DNA of 64,000 bases from Chrysomallon squamiferum (taxonomy: Eukaryota > Animalia > Mollusca), in assembly GCA_012295275.1 (NCBI GenBank), contig CM022670.1:2914001-2978000 (forward strand), given 5' to 3'. A program made the translations under genes and the position numbers. The notes below the pieces were generated by a model. It was not told the origin of the DNA. It saw only the letters and a list, made by a program, of their open reading frames with translations, and made no database searches. How positions within the stretch are numbered: the first letter of the stretch is position 1; every line of letters begins with the position of its first letter. Shown in pieces: positions 13,233 through 28,760 of the stretch.

Positions 13233-16200
13233 ATGTTCATTCTGTATCATCACCTGCTGAACTTCATCTCTCAAGTGACCTCTTCCTTCGACTTCACCTC
13301 GGCTATTGTTTTTGCAGCATTGCTGACATGCCTGTGGTTCATCTACAAAATAATTATCTCCCCTTATCTCTCTCCACTCAAGAAGGTATGTTTTTAATGT
13401 TTATCTTTTTTCTTTTTTTTTTAATTTTCAGATTTATATACATGTATAATTATAATAAATGATTTGGTTTTAATTTTTAGGAGGTTATATTGATATTTCT
13501 TTTCTTTTTATATATGAATTAAAGGACAGGATTCATTTTAATTTTTTTTTAAAATAAGGTCCTATTCTTAATAAATATGTAACAGTTACTCTTGTAAGAA
13601 AGCAAATTAACAATGTAAAACTAAAACAATTGTTTATATTTAGAGGCACTTCTACTATTCATACATTTTCACCTGTAAATTATAGACAATGTATATATTT
13701 TTTAGCAATTTTCATTCCAAATTATGGTTTAAAAATGTTAGCTATAGCCAAAAATTCATATAAAGGTACAATAAATTAATAAAAAGAAAATCATAACAAT
13801 TTATTTATTCCAAATAATAGTTCTAAATTGTTAGTTATAGCCAAAAGATTCATGTAATGTTACAAAAAAAAACCCCAAAAACAAAACAAGAGACATGTTT
13901 AATTCTGTTATTCAATGCAAATAAAGAAAAAGAAGGTTAATATATTTTATGTCAGGTTTGGTTTGTTTTTCCTCATTGGCTGAAATGACAAAATTAGCTG
14001 CGTTCAAGGCCATGTTTAAACAAAGTATCGATTTGTCACTGAATAAACTGTAGACACTTTCCTCGTTATCAATATTTGCAAACAAATACTTGTTTTATCT
14101 GATAACTCAGTGCAAACACACTTAGCACAAAACCACAAATTTATTAAGTGTTGTTTCTTCCAATAGCTACCAGTATCATCAAAAATGACCTTTTAAAAAT
14201 TAAACAATAGTAAATTTGATGCAATATACTAAAGTGCTACAACACAGCTGAATGGTATTGTACTTGTCTGATAGGTTTAAAGTTCAAACCCCATCATTGG
14301 TAGTTTTCAAGCTTATGTGTTTTTATATATATATATATATATATACCTTGTATTACCTGAGGTTTAAATTAGAGAAATATTTATTTTATTTTAAATATTG
14401 TTTTGAATTAGAACTTGATACTTATTAGTATGTGTATATATACATACACACACATCTATATAATTTGTGATTGTTTCAAATTACATTTCTAAAGTACACA
14501 CGCATAACGCATTATGTAACTGCAGATTAATTTCACGAAGCCTTATTGAATAACAACAGACCCTTGACATGATAAATAATGTAAAATGTAGCACACTTCA
14601 ATGTCAAATGTACAGATATCCATGCATGACTTATCTTTCACATTAGGCACTATAATATTACTAACAACCTTAGTCAAATGACCGATTTACCTCTTGAGAA
14701 CAAAACGTAATGTCTCAAGTGCTGCACTGTTACATAAAACACACATCAGATAAATTTAATATCTGGAAAAAGTCAGTCAGTAGGACTTTGATTTTTCAGA
14801 AAAAAAAAGAAAAAAAAGAAGAAGAAATAATTACTTCTATAACCATGCTGAAGCATGTTTTAATATTAATCTGGGGTTTTTGGGCGTCAGATGTTTGGTA
14901 TTAGTAAAATAATACATGAGACATTTATCTCAGATTATAGTAATATGATAATTGTGAAAAAAAAAAAAAAAAAAAAAACCCCAAAACAATATAGAAACAA
15001 AAAAGATATTAATCACAGTAAATGGATTAAAAGTTAGGCCATAAAAAAAATATAATTTTGAACTAAGGCCATAGTAACAGATGAATCTATTACAAAATAA
15101 GGAAGGCTTGAAAGTATAATTAAAAGTAAAACCAAAATAGTATAATAACAAATGAGGCCATTTTAATATAATAAATAGTAATGCTGTAGAAAGAAAATTA
15201 AAAGTAAGACCATAACAGTATAAAACAACAGTAGCTTTTATAATATAAAAAAGGTTTTAAAGTACAATTAGAATATAAGAAGATAACTGTACAATGACAA
15301 CTGAGTTCACAGTAATATAGCAAAAGGTGAGGCTATAATTATGTAACAGAAAGCAAGGAATTAATAATATAAAAATGAGACCTTAACAATATATCTTTGA
15401 AATAAAAATTATTGGCATTGTTATTTCATAATATGTGTGTAAAAAATAAATATAAATAAATAAATAAACTAATTAATTAAAAACAAACAAGCCAACCAAC
15501 CTATTATTTAATAAAAATATTGATCTATAAGCATTAAATAAAATATACAAGCATTGTTTGGTGACAAGAACTTCTATCACAATGCATTTTTTAAATTTGT
15601 TTTTGCTATTTTTGCTATTTTTTATTTATTTATTTTTCTTTTTGAATATATTTTGAAATAAGAAAAAGAATGACAAAAATTTCTTTATTTATACAATAAA
15701 AGGACAAAAAGTCAGCTATATTAAATATTATTACACTGTTCCAAAAACAAAGATCATGTGGTGTTGTTGAAAATGAAAACAAAACAATATTTGTTTTCAC
15801 TGATGGAAAAGTTCAGTACAGATGAACTTGGTTAGCACCTGAATAAAACCTAAAAGTACATCACAAAATACATTAAAAAAAGTAAATTGTAAATCTGCCA
15901 TAGATTCAAAGGAGAATATTTATGGTTATTGTGATTTTTCTGCATTCATGTTAAAAGTGGACAATATTCAGAATTCTTTTTTGACAGTATCATGTTTTAT
16001 TTTATTTTATTTATTTATTTATTTATTTACAATTTAATTGATTTTTTTTTTTTTTTGTTTGTTTGTTTGGTTCTGTGCTTTTTAAATTTAATTTAATTTA
16101 ATTTAATTTAATTTATTTATTGATTTTTTTTTTATGTTATTATTATCCTCAAAAATATAAGAACAAATTTATTATTATTACTATGTTTATCATGATTATT

Positions 16201-16677
16201 ATTATTTAACTTTTTAATTTTTATCATAATTTTATTATTATTTTTTTATATTTGTGTTTTTTGCATTCAATCAGTCAATCTTTCCAATTTTTTTTTTGAA
16301 AGAAAGTTAAAGTAATAAACAAATAACTGTCTATGCATTTATTCTATTTTCTTTGCAACAAATTAAATTCAGAATTCTTTTATTTTTTTGTGCCTCTCAG
16401 CCACTGTTTTTAAAGCATATAATGTCTTTAAAACTGTGTATTGTCAAACTTTAACCTCAATAAATGTAAGCTATAAAATATGTTAAATGTTCCACTTTGA
16501 AGGAAAAATATTTATAAGGTGAAAAGAATGTGATAGGTGCAGTGCAATCTGAACAGTTTTTTAATAACACTTAATTTAATATTAATTTTTTATTTTTTAT
16601 TTTTTTATTAATGATGAATGGATTGTTAGTGTATGTAACCACACCTTCAAAATATCAGATGATATTTACTTTAATTC

Positions 16678-16708
<31 letters not shown>

Positions 16709-19700
16709 TTTTAGTCAAATCTTTAAAAAAATGACAGATGATTCTGACTGGAAATAAATGAGAAAGACATCAAACTTGAATTAATAAAGTTTTTAATCAC
16801 CTTTAGAAAGGCATGGCCTGTGACTCAACAGGAGTTTTTGCCTGATGGAGTATAGTTATAACAGTCAATTCTCCTTGATGTCCCTTTTGGAAATTTACCA
16901 TTCCAACCAGTGCACTCTTTAGGAATGGATTCACCAGTATGATCTTTACCTAAGGAGCAATTGTGACCGAATCAGTTTTAATTGGTGGTAATACTGGAAT
17001 ATTTCCCATTCTAACAAATGCTCTTTGAAGATATATAACCAGGTAGTAGAGCACTTGACAAAAAGTCTTAGTATCAGTTGAACTATTACCATTCTAACAA
17101 GTGCTCCAGAGAAATACTTACCAAACAGTGATTTTCTTAACTTAAGTTACTCTATTAATTTAAGCCATTTTCCCATTCAAACCAGATTTTTAATAGGTTA
17201 TAAACTTAATAATTTCTGCCTCAAGGGAAAAAGAGTTACCTGGTTAATTTGCTTCATTACATCTATTGTGCTTTTTCCAATTCCAGACATAGTTCCTAAC
17301 TGATGTCAATCAAATAACTTAATTTAAGTTGTCTGCAGGAAGATGCATATTACAGACATATTACAGACATCATTTACACCAAACTACAAGCTGACTTTTC
17401 TCTCTCAGTATGCTCTTACAAAAATCTCATCTGAAACATGATATACTGTTAATATAATGATTTGTCGACATTTTGTTAAGCAGTCATTTATTTTTACAGC
17501 ATATATATTTTCTATCACCACTGGTGAATTTTACTCCTGTGAACCACAAATGTGTAGATAAAAGGTAAATCATACACAGGTAGATGTGAATTTGAGTGAA
17601 TTACATGTTCGTGTAAAATATACATAATAATTATTTTGCAGGTGTAAATGTGTGTGCAATATAAAATTGCATTATTTATTCATGTAGAATTTTAATATAG
17701 ATATACTTACAGTAACAAAAGCAAATTACAAGTTGGTCAATATAAATGCAAGTTACAAATCTGCTGCAAGTAATTATGTTTTATATATTTTTAAATTATA
17801 TAGGATGAAGTAAATCAATATAAAATAAATATATAGATATAAATGCACATTACATATTAGGGGCAAGTGAAGGTATAACACACAAACACATACATACACA
17901 CATAAACACACACATGTAGAATTAATGTGCGTTATATATGCTGTTAGAAGTATGTGTAGTTATAAGAAGTGGAATATATTAAGTATAGGAGTAATAGTAT
18001 TAACTGTATTAGTAGAAGTAGTAAAAGGTGTAACAGTACTAATAGCATTAATTGTATTAGTAATATTAATAGACATAGCAGAAGTAACTGTAGTAGGCCT
18101 AGTAATTGAAATTATAGTAGTAATGGTATTATTGATACTGATGTTGTTATTGTCATTGTTGTTGTTATCCAAAACTTTGTTGTCTTTTTCCAGATTCCTG
18201 GTCCCCATATTCCAAGCTGGTTGCTAGGCAACTTAAAAGAGATTTATACAGGGGAGGCAGTTGATCCATTTGTAAGGTAAATCATTTACAAACAGAACTA
18301 AATGTATATGTGTATTAGGCTGACCTTTGTACCTTTTAATTATCATTATTACTACTTCTTCAGCCACTTCTGCTAACAGTATTACTTTTAATATATGTTA
18401 TTCCTGAATAATACCTGAAGAAAAAAAAAAAAAAAGAAAGAAAGAAAGAAAAAAAAAAAAAAAAAAATAAACAAGTTTAAAACTACTGACCATAAAACAA
18501 ACAAAAAATGTTTTAGCCTTAACAAAAACAGTCACAGGACTTGGGGAAAAAAAAAAAAAAAAAAAAAAAAGAAGAAGAAGAAAAGAACTAAATAAACATG
18601 AGACTACTTGAAGATTTAAATCTTTTGAAATCTGCACTGGCTGGGGACTGGGGGGGGTGTTTAATCTGATAACCTGTATCTTGTCCAAATAGGACATTGT
18701 CCCACATTGAGAAATGGTATCAATTGTACTAGATATCACTGAAACCGTTCAGCTGAATGAGGCTATCAAAAGCAGGTGCAGCTATCCTTTCACAAAGCTA
18801 ACTGAAGAAGTGCAGTAAAGGGGTGGTCACTCTATACACTGCTCAGCAGAAAAAACTGATTTTCAAGGTCATGGTTATGACATGTGTTTGTACACCTAGA
18901 CACAGCCATATATACTAACATAAACAAACACACAGACAGACATACATATTTTTTTTAAAATAACAAAAATCTAAATATATGTGTTTACATAAAAGCATAT
19001 TTATCTACATCCAGTACTCATAATAATATGGGTATATTTATTTATTGTGGGTTTATATTGGATTAGGGTACACAAATCATACACTGATAATCATATACCA
19101 ATGCACATATCCATGTATACGTACATGCATACATATATACATACATATAAAAAACAAACAACATACATACCTATACATATACGCATATATACACATACAC
19201 ACTTTCACACACATACCTACACATATATCTTTATTTTATAGCAAATTAATCATTTATCGTCATATCAGTTATTATATATTTACCTTGATATCAGCTGAAT
19301 ATCTATGTTCATAATCAATTGTTGAATATTTATCTTCATATCAACTGTCGAATGTTTATTTATCTTCATAATCATGAAAAAAAAAAATAATAATAATAAT
19401 AATAACACAATGTCAAGAAGATTTTTGAAATGAGGAGGTTTGCTGACTGACAGTTGGAGTGATGCTGCTATTTTTGTCAGGGATTAATGTCACCCAGACC
19501 TACTGACAGTGATGATGTTCACCTCTGCAGAGTGTCTACCATGACCCCACTTGATTTATGAGAGTTTGATCCTGTCGTTGTCATATAATGTAAGGAATAT
19601 GATGTAAACCTGTTCTTCGAAAAGAAATTTAAAAAAGAATTATATATATATATTTTTTTATTGTTTTCAACAAGAAGACTTTTTCATGCATAAAGGATTT

Positions 19701-20801
19701 AACTAGAGACTGTTGAGTGTAAAATTAAGTCTTCAAGACATCCAGGGTGCTAGATAGGTTGTGGGTTCAAATACTAATATAAGATTAAAATATATATATT
19801 TGGTTATTTAATTAATAATTTTTTTATTTATTTATCTTGTTAGTTAAAACAAAATAAAACAAAATATATATATAAATATATATATATTTTAGAATTCATA
19901 ATATTTTTCTTTCCTGATAATTTAATTTTTTAATTTTTATATTTAATTTCACTTCACTTAATATTTATTTATTTGTTTTATTATTTATTTAAATTTGTTA
20001 ATTGATTAATTAATTAATTAATTAATTAGTTTATTTATTTATATATTGTGGAGCTAGTAATGTCTCCCCTGTGTCTATTGTTTCCAGGAGTATTACTCTC
20101 CAGCTCTCTATATATCTGCCTGTTACTGAAAAGGAAAAAACATTTTATTTCAGGGCACAATTAACAGCTTTATATGTTCTGTGATGTCTGTTCATTTTAG
20201 ATTTAGCCTCAAGACCAGAATAAAGAGATCTTCAGAAAATAAATATGTTTTTAAGCCATTGTTGGCAGTTCTATGAGAATAATTTTGATTAATTTTCATG
20301 TTCATTGTCTATACAAACACACACACACACATGTATGAATGTATATATACAAAAACATATATATTTATATACATACACACAAACACCCATATATATATAT
20401 ATATACAGACACATATATACACATACACATATTTACAGACATACATACACACACATACATGCACACACACACACACACACACACATAATTAAACAAAACA
20501 TGTGGGGCAATATTTTAATTTAGTTAGAATGTTGGCTCTGAGTTAACAGAATCAGATATGTCCATGCTATACCTTTTAATTTTTTTTTATTTATAGAAAG
20601 AATTAACAAATGGTTTATTTAATGACAAGCTTATTTTTAACAACATCATTCTTATGATAGGAGCTATGGAAGTATTTGCAGGTGAAAGACGAAGAAAGAA
20701 AGAGAGACCCAAAGAAAAAAAAAAGAGAGAAAAAGAGAGAGAAAGAAAGATGCAGAAGGAGAAACATAAAGAGAAAGATACAGACAGACAATGAGAAAAA
20801 C

Positions 20802-20893
<92 letters not shown>

Positions 20894-20914
20894 AATGAGA
20901 GAGAAAGAGACAGA

Positions 20915-20980
<66 letters not shown>

Positions 20981-23739
20981 CACAGACACATAGAACATTT
21001 CTCTGGCATACATTCTTTTCATACCTTCCAGTAACCTTCACCTACAACCATCATGCATGGCAGCCATTTGTATTCTACGATAGCTAATGGGGAACCCCTG
21101 GAACCTCTTATATCTGTCTCTGTTGATTTAATTACTGTGTGCACCAAGTCACATCGTCACTAATTATTTTTGAAATTACTTTGAAGAGATAATCTCGCTT
21201 TCACGACCAGAAATACCAAGCATCATTGGTCTCCAGCCAAATTACTGCAGGAAGTTTATTAACAGGACACAAACTTCAGAAGTGAAGCATGATAATAAAA
21301 TAAAAACTTTCCGAGTTTTACTGCAAACCTTTTAATTTGAAGAGATCGTCTTGGTAATGGTAAATGACTGGGAGGTAGTGCTAAATAAGGGCCTTCTTGA
21401 TTTTGTTTTCAAGTGTTTCTGACTTGGATTTTGCTGAAGACTTTTAAGTGAGGATTCTTGAAAAGAAAATATGCATGGCGTGCATGGATAAGTTAATTAT
21501 TTGTTTCACAGACACTCAATTTTATGCACGTTCTCCTTATTAATCCTTTACTGTCTAAAAATACTACTCCTTAACATGTCACTGTCATTTTTGCAAAAAG
21601 CTGCAGAGAATTTCAAAAAACAAATAAATCATGTCTGATGTAACCAAGTCAACACTTGACTTTGACAGTTAAAAAGCAGACGCCCTAGTTTCGTATTCCA
21701 AGCATTTGAAGATTTATATAAAAAAAAGTTTATTTATAATTGACATTCAGCACAGCAGAGTAGCATCACTTCAATGGATTAAGTGACAAGTGAGTCTATT
21801 ATGGGTCTGTTCATGTCACTTGTGCTTGAGACATGTTTCCCCTGCAGACAAACTTTGTGTGTGAAGTCATTCACACTGAAAGGTTATTGGAAATATGCCT
21901 GTCAACACGACATTGTCAAAAACACACACAAAAAGACCTTGTAAAATACAACACAAACACTATTTCAGTATTGCTTCAGTAGATGTCAAATGATAAAAAC
22001 TCATAACCTAAATATACATCCAAGCATTTATTTATTTTTTTCGTTTTGTGATTATCAGTCTTTGCTAACAATAAAGTTTTGACAAGTCTGTGTGAATTGT
22101 ATAGAGGAGGATATTTTTGCTTTCATTGTATGATTTTATACATTTTATACATAAAATATTTTTGAAAATCAATACTTGATGGAGGACATAATAATTTTTG
22201 GAATGATTTACTCAGTCTGTTAAAGTATTTTTAAACATTTGTATAAAAATTATAAACTATAAAAAATAATGAAAAAAGATTATATGTCCCATAAAAGTGA
22301 GCTATATATCTTTTTCTTTGGTTTTTAAATACATCTAGAGACAGACAGAAAGACAGACAAATATCAGAGAGACAGATAGACAGACAGACTGGCAAACATT
22401 AAAAAAACACAGAGAAATAGTTTTACATATGAAATGACAGCTTAATCAAATTCTGAATTGTAATATGTTATTATTATATGGAATTGATAATAAAATAAAA
22501 TAAAATGAAATGAAATGAAATGAAATGAAATGAAATGAAATGAAATAAAATAAAATAGCATAAAATAAAATAAATAAACACCAGTAACACAGACAATGAA
22601 GAACTCTCAGTTATAGTCTCCACAATCTGTCTAATGCTATTCTTTTACCTTTCATTTTAATGAATTATAAAAGTCACGCATAACATAACACTTTTTTATA
22701 TTTTTTCAAATGTTTCTTTTCTCTCTAAATGTTTACACATAACATTTTTCTGATTTCTCTCTAAATGTTTACACATAACATTTTTTTGATTCTCTCTAAA
22801 TGTTTACACATAACTTTTGTTTGATTCTCTATATGTTTACACATAACATTTGTTTGATTCTCTCTAAATGTTTACACATAAGTTTTTTAATTTCTCTCTA
22901 AATGTTTACACATAACATTTGTTTGATTCTCTCTAAATGTTTACACTAACATTTGTTTGATTCTCTCTAAATGTTTACACATAACATTTGTTTGATTCTC
23001 TTTAAATGTTTACACATAACATGTTTGATTCTGTCTAAATGTTTACACCTAACATTTGTTTGATTCTCTCTGAATGTTTACACATAACTTGTTTGATTCT
23101 CTCTAAATGTATACACATAACATTTATTTGATTCTGTCTAAATGTTTACACATAACATTTGATTGATTCTGTCTGTTTTGTTTGATTCTGTCTGAATGTT
23201 TACACACAACATTTGATTGATTCTGTCTGAATGTTTACACACATTTGATTGATTCTGTTTGAATGTTTACACCTAACATTTGATTGATTCTGTCTGAATG
23301 TTTATACACAACATTTGATTGATTCTCTCTGAATGTTTACACACAACATTTGATTGATTCTGTCTGGATGCTGTGTTTTCAGGTGGATTAACAAGTATGG
23401 TTCAGGGATTCTCGTGTACGCTGAGTTGTTTGGTGAGCGCAGAGTTCTCCTGGCTGATGCTGAAGCTGTAAAACAGGTTCTCATTACCAAAGTGAAGAAC
23501 TACAGGAAACCAAAGCTGTACAGGTTATTATTAACTGACCTGTTTATTACAACTTTCCCTCACAGCCGCTCCGGGGTTTATGGCTTATAAATAAAATCCA
23601 GAGAGTTTTTATTTAGGTCTGTAGGTGTTTCAGACGTATCTGGGTTTCTTAGTGTCATTAAACTTGTTGTGTAAAAAAAAAAAAAAAACAAAAAAAATCA
23701 AAAACATTTGATTGTGTGTTTGGTTGTGTGTGTGTTTGT

Positions 23740-23782
<43 letters not shown>

Positions 23783-25161
23783 TGTGTGTGTTTATGTGGT
23801 GTGTCTGTCTGTGTGTGAGACACATTTTTATTTATTTATCAAATTCTGACAGGCAAGTGAATTAATGTAAACGACAGAATCATAATATACTTGTGAAACT
23901 TGATTTTTTATTATTCATAATGTTTAATTAATATATAGAGACTAAATGCAGATGATTTTTTCATTCCTAATGATACCATCATAAAAATGTTCATGAATGA
24001 ACACACACACACACACACATACACGCACACACACAGACACAGACACAGACAGACACAGACACAGACACACACACACAAATATTGACACATACAGATATTC
24101 AACTCAACAACATTCATAAAAAATAATTTTTGTTGAGATCCAGATACAATGGGAAATAATTACCATTTATAAACATGTGGTTTCAGACTGTTTGATCAGG
24201 TGATAGGTAATGGACTGCTCAATCTGAATGGTGATGAACACATGGTACAGCGTAGGCTTTGTCAGGGAGCATTCAAAATGTCTATCCTTAAAAGTAAGTT
24301 TCAAAAATATACACATAACATACATACTTGTATGTACACAGTTTTAAAAATATACACATAACATACATACTTGTATGTACACAGTTTTAAAACTATACAT
24401 ATAACATACATACTTATATGTATACAGTTTTAAAACTATACATATAACATACATACTTATATGTATACAGTTTTAAAACTATACATATAACATACATACT
24501 TATATGTATACAGTTTTGAAACTATACATATAACATACATACTTATATGCACACAGTTTTAAAAATATACACATAACATACATACTTATATGTATACAGT
24601 TTTAAAAATATACACATATAACATTTTAAAACATACATATAACATAAATACTTATATGTATACAGTTTTAAAACTATACATATAACATACATACTTATAT
24701 CTTTTAAAATATACACAGTTTTAAAACATACATACTTATATCTACACAGTTTTAAAACTGACTTGTTAAATACTTAAACCAATTCCAGAAACTCATTACT
24801 GGGAGAATTAAACTAACACACAGGAAATTTCAGACTGAAATCTTTGAAATAATCTAAATCTTTATGTCTGGCTGTAAATTAACTAATTTCTTTCTGTTGA
24901 GCACAATTTAAGAACTCTTGTAAATTTTGGTTCAACAATGTCTATGTGTGTGTGTGTGTGTGTGATGTGTGTGTGTGTAGGCTATATGGATTTGTGTATA
25001 AATATATAGATAAATATGTATATATGTAAGTTATACTAGTTATTTATTCAAGCTGAACTATATTTGTAAGATTAATATATATATATATATATATGTATAT
25101 GTATATCCACACACACACAACACACACACACATAATTAGATTGTTATGAATATATATAGAT

Positions 25162-25198
<37 letters not shown>

Positions 25199-25209
25199 GG
25201 AAATGGACA

Positions 25210-25242
<33 letters not shown>

Positions 25243-25333
25243 CACAGACACACATACATACACACACACACAGGCACAAACACTCATACTCCGGCACACA
25301 CACACACACACAGACACAAACACTCATACTCCG

Positions 25334-25380
<47 letters not shown>

Positions 25381-25990
25381 CACACACATACACAGACACA
25401 CACACATACACACACATAGACACACACATACACAGACACACACATACACACACACACACACACAGACACATACACACACACATAGACACACACACATACA
25501 GACACAAAAACACAGACACACACACACATACACAGACACACATACATACACACACAGACACAGACAGACACACACACTTAAAGAGTATATGTGTATTTGC
25601 ATGTGTGTCTATATATATATATATAGATGCACAATTTCACTTTTTTTATTACATAAATCTTTAAGTATGACATAAGCTAGAAATTTCTTCCTGTGTCAGA
25701 TACTGACTCATATATTAAATATGTTTTTGTTAAATACAGATCTAATAATTTCACCTTTAGACACACACATACACACACAAAAACACAGACACATAGACAC
25801 AGACACACAGACACACAGATTTTTTGTTGTATTTTTAAGATGTGCTGCCATGTCTTCACAAACATGCTGAGGAGCTGGTTGATCTCTGGTACAGTAAACT
25901 ACACAACCACAACGAGACTGAGCTCAGCATCAGCGACGACATCCATCACCTGGTACAGCACCTTAGTTCTTTACTTTGTCACTTTAGCCT

Positions 25991-26049
<59 letters not shown>

Positions 26050-26144
26050 ACACACACACACAGTCACACACACACACACACACACACTCACACACACACA
26101 CTCACACACACAGACAGACACACACAGACACACACATACAGACA

Positions 26145-26187
<43 letters not shown>

Positions 26188-26661
26188 ACACATACAGACA
26201 CATACACACACACATAGACACACAAACACACACACACATAGACACAGACACACACATACACAGACACATAGACACACAGACACACACACAAATAAACACA
26301 CACACAGACACACAAACACACACTCACACACACATAGACACAGACACACACATACACACACAAACACACACACACTCACACACATAGACACAGACACAGA
26401 CATACACACACACACTCACACACACATAGACACAGACACACACATACACACACAGACAAACACACACACACTCACACACATACACACACATACACATAGA
26501 CACAGACACACTAACACAGACACAGACACACACACATACACACAGACACATATATACACACACAGCCACACATACAGACACAGATACACACAGACACACA
26601 CACACATATATATACAGATGTATATATATATAGACACACAGGCAAACACATATACTCTTTA

Positions 26662-26727
<66 letters not shown>

Positions 26728-27268
26728 TGTGTGTGTGTGTGTGTCTGTGTATATATATATATATATATATGCAGATGCACAATTTCACTTTTTTTATTAC
26801 ATAAATCTTTAAGTATAACATAACCTAGAAATTTCTTGCTGTGTCAAATACTGACTCATAGATTGAATATGTTTTTGTTAAAAACAGATCTGATAATTTC
26901 ACCTTTTTTTCTTGGATGAACACAAAACTAAAAAAACCTAAAAAAACAACAACAAACATTTAAAGCATGAACTTTGGGCACTAAAGCAGAGAATTCTTTT
27001 CATAAGATAGTTTGAATAATATGATAAATATGTCTATCATTAAAAGGAGATAACTTTAACTCATAGGCTGTGAATTTCACATAATACATTTATAAGTAGA
27101 TATCACACCTGACTGCACTTGCTTCCTGAAAAATTTACATTCTGAAAGGTTTTTACTGGGTTCACAAAAGTCAGAGAAGAAGCTGTTTCTGAGAGAAGAT
27201 ATTATTTATTTTAAATAACCTTAATACAGCCACAGATAATAATGTTCATCTGTTCATATTCACTAGAC

Positions 27269-27306
<38 letters not shown>

Positions 27307-28690
27307 TATAGTAACAATTATAATAATAATAATAATAATAATAACAATTATAATAATAATAATGATAATAATAATAATAATAATTATAATAATATATATA
27401 TAATAAAAATGTTAATAAAAAATGTATATTATTATTAATGATAATGATAATGATAATATATATATATAATTATCATTATTTTTATTATTATTATTATTAT
27501 TATTATTGCTCTATATATTATTTTGTTATGAAAGAAAGTTACCGAAACATGAGTCATTATTATTACTATTATTATTATTGTTGTTCTTCTTGTTAATATT
27601 ATTATTATTATTGTTGTTGTTGTTAATATTATTATAACCCTGTAGCAAGACAGTCCACTAAATACATGAATATATTAAAGAATTTATTTGCACTAGAAAA
27701 AAAAAAATAAAAAAATTGTCAGTGTAACTTGGATGCTAAACCTGTTTGTTTTCTTTTTGTCCTTTCTTTTATTTATTTTACACTTATTTTTAATTATTTT
27801 TTTTATTATATTTATTTATTTATATTTACTTTTTTATTTACTTATTTATTTATTTGATGAACTTTTTGTTATTATTAACTGATTCATCTCAAAAATATTA
27901 ATTCTGAAGTCTAATATATCTTACATTTTAAGTGTCTGTATGTATCTAATTCTGTGTATACCTGTTTGCATGTATCTGTGTTTGTGTAAGTGTATGTATG
28001 TGTATCTGGATTGATGTAAGTGTTTATGTGTGTTGTGTACATGTATGTCTATGTGTATCTGTGTTTGTGTGTGTTTATTTCTGTGTTTATATGTGTATAC
28101 AAGTATTTGTGTTATGATGTGTATTCAGTGCAAAAGTATGTACATGAATATATGCATGAACATTGTCGTATGTGAAAATATCATATATACATGCCTACAT
28201 ATACCTGTAACATACCTATGCAGTATTAGTCATGTTCATAATCACTTAGGTATGTGCATCTATTTATATGATACAGAGTTGTATACATTAGAACATATAT
28301 AATCATATCTATATTTACACTATCTTGTGATTATTAAACAGATTTTTCTTTTTAAAAGAAAAATAAACATATATTTATGTCACAATACATATATATATAT
28401 ATATATATCTAGATGTAAATGTTTAGATGGTTGTTTAATATTTTTCAGACTCTGGATGTTGTTACTGAGTTCAGCTGTGGATACAGATGTGATGCTCTGC
28501 ATGACAAACCAGAATCCAAAGCATTCGAGTATCTGCTTAAAGGATTCACCCCCAGGTACTGCTGCAGATGAACAGCAAATTCTAGACTTTGTATCATGTT
28601 CATTAGAAACATTTTATATCATGTTAATGTCATTTAATTAAAATTATTTACAAGAATTTTTTTTTATTGAATTTCTGTCTTCGATTTGTT

Positions 28691-28760
<70 letters not shown>

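Noticed and set aside
20587-21041. RE-rich and SL-rich ORFs (also at 1334-1687, 50998-51201, 58175-58454, 59512-59870)
   Set aside because: (GA)n/(CT)n microsatellites.
22719-23368. CRISPR-like array of ~33-bp repeats
   Set aside because: Units are head-to-tail with no unique spacers, no cas genes, and the context is a eukaryotic intron.
24940-26821. Many long Cys/Val- or His/Thr-rich ORFs
   Set aside because: Translations of (CA)n/(TG)n tracts; only 25840-25952 is a real exon.
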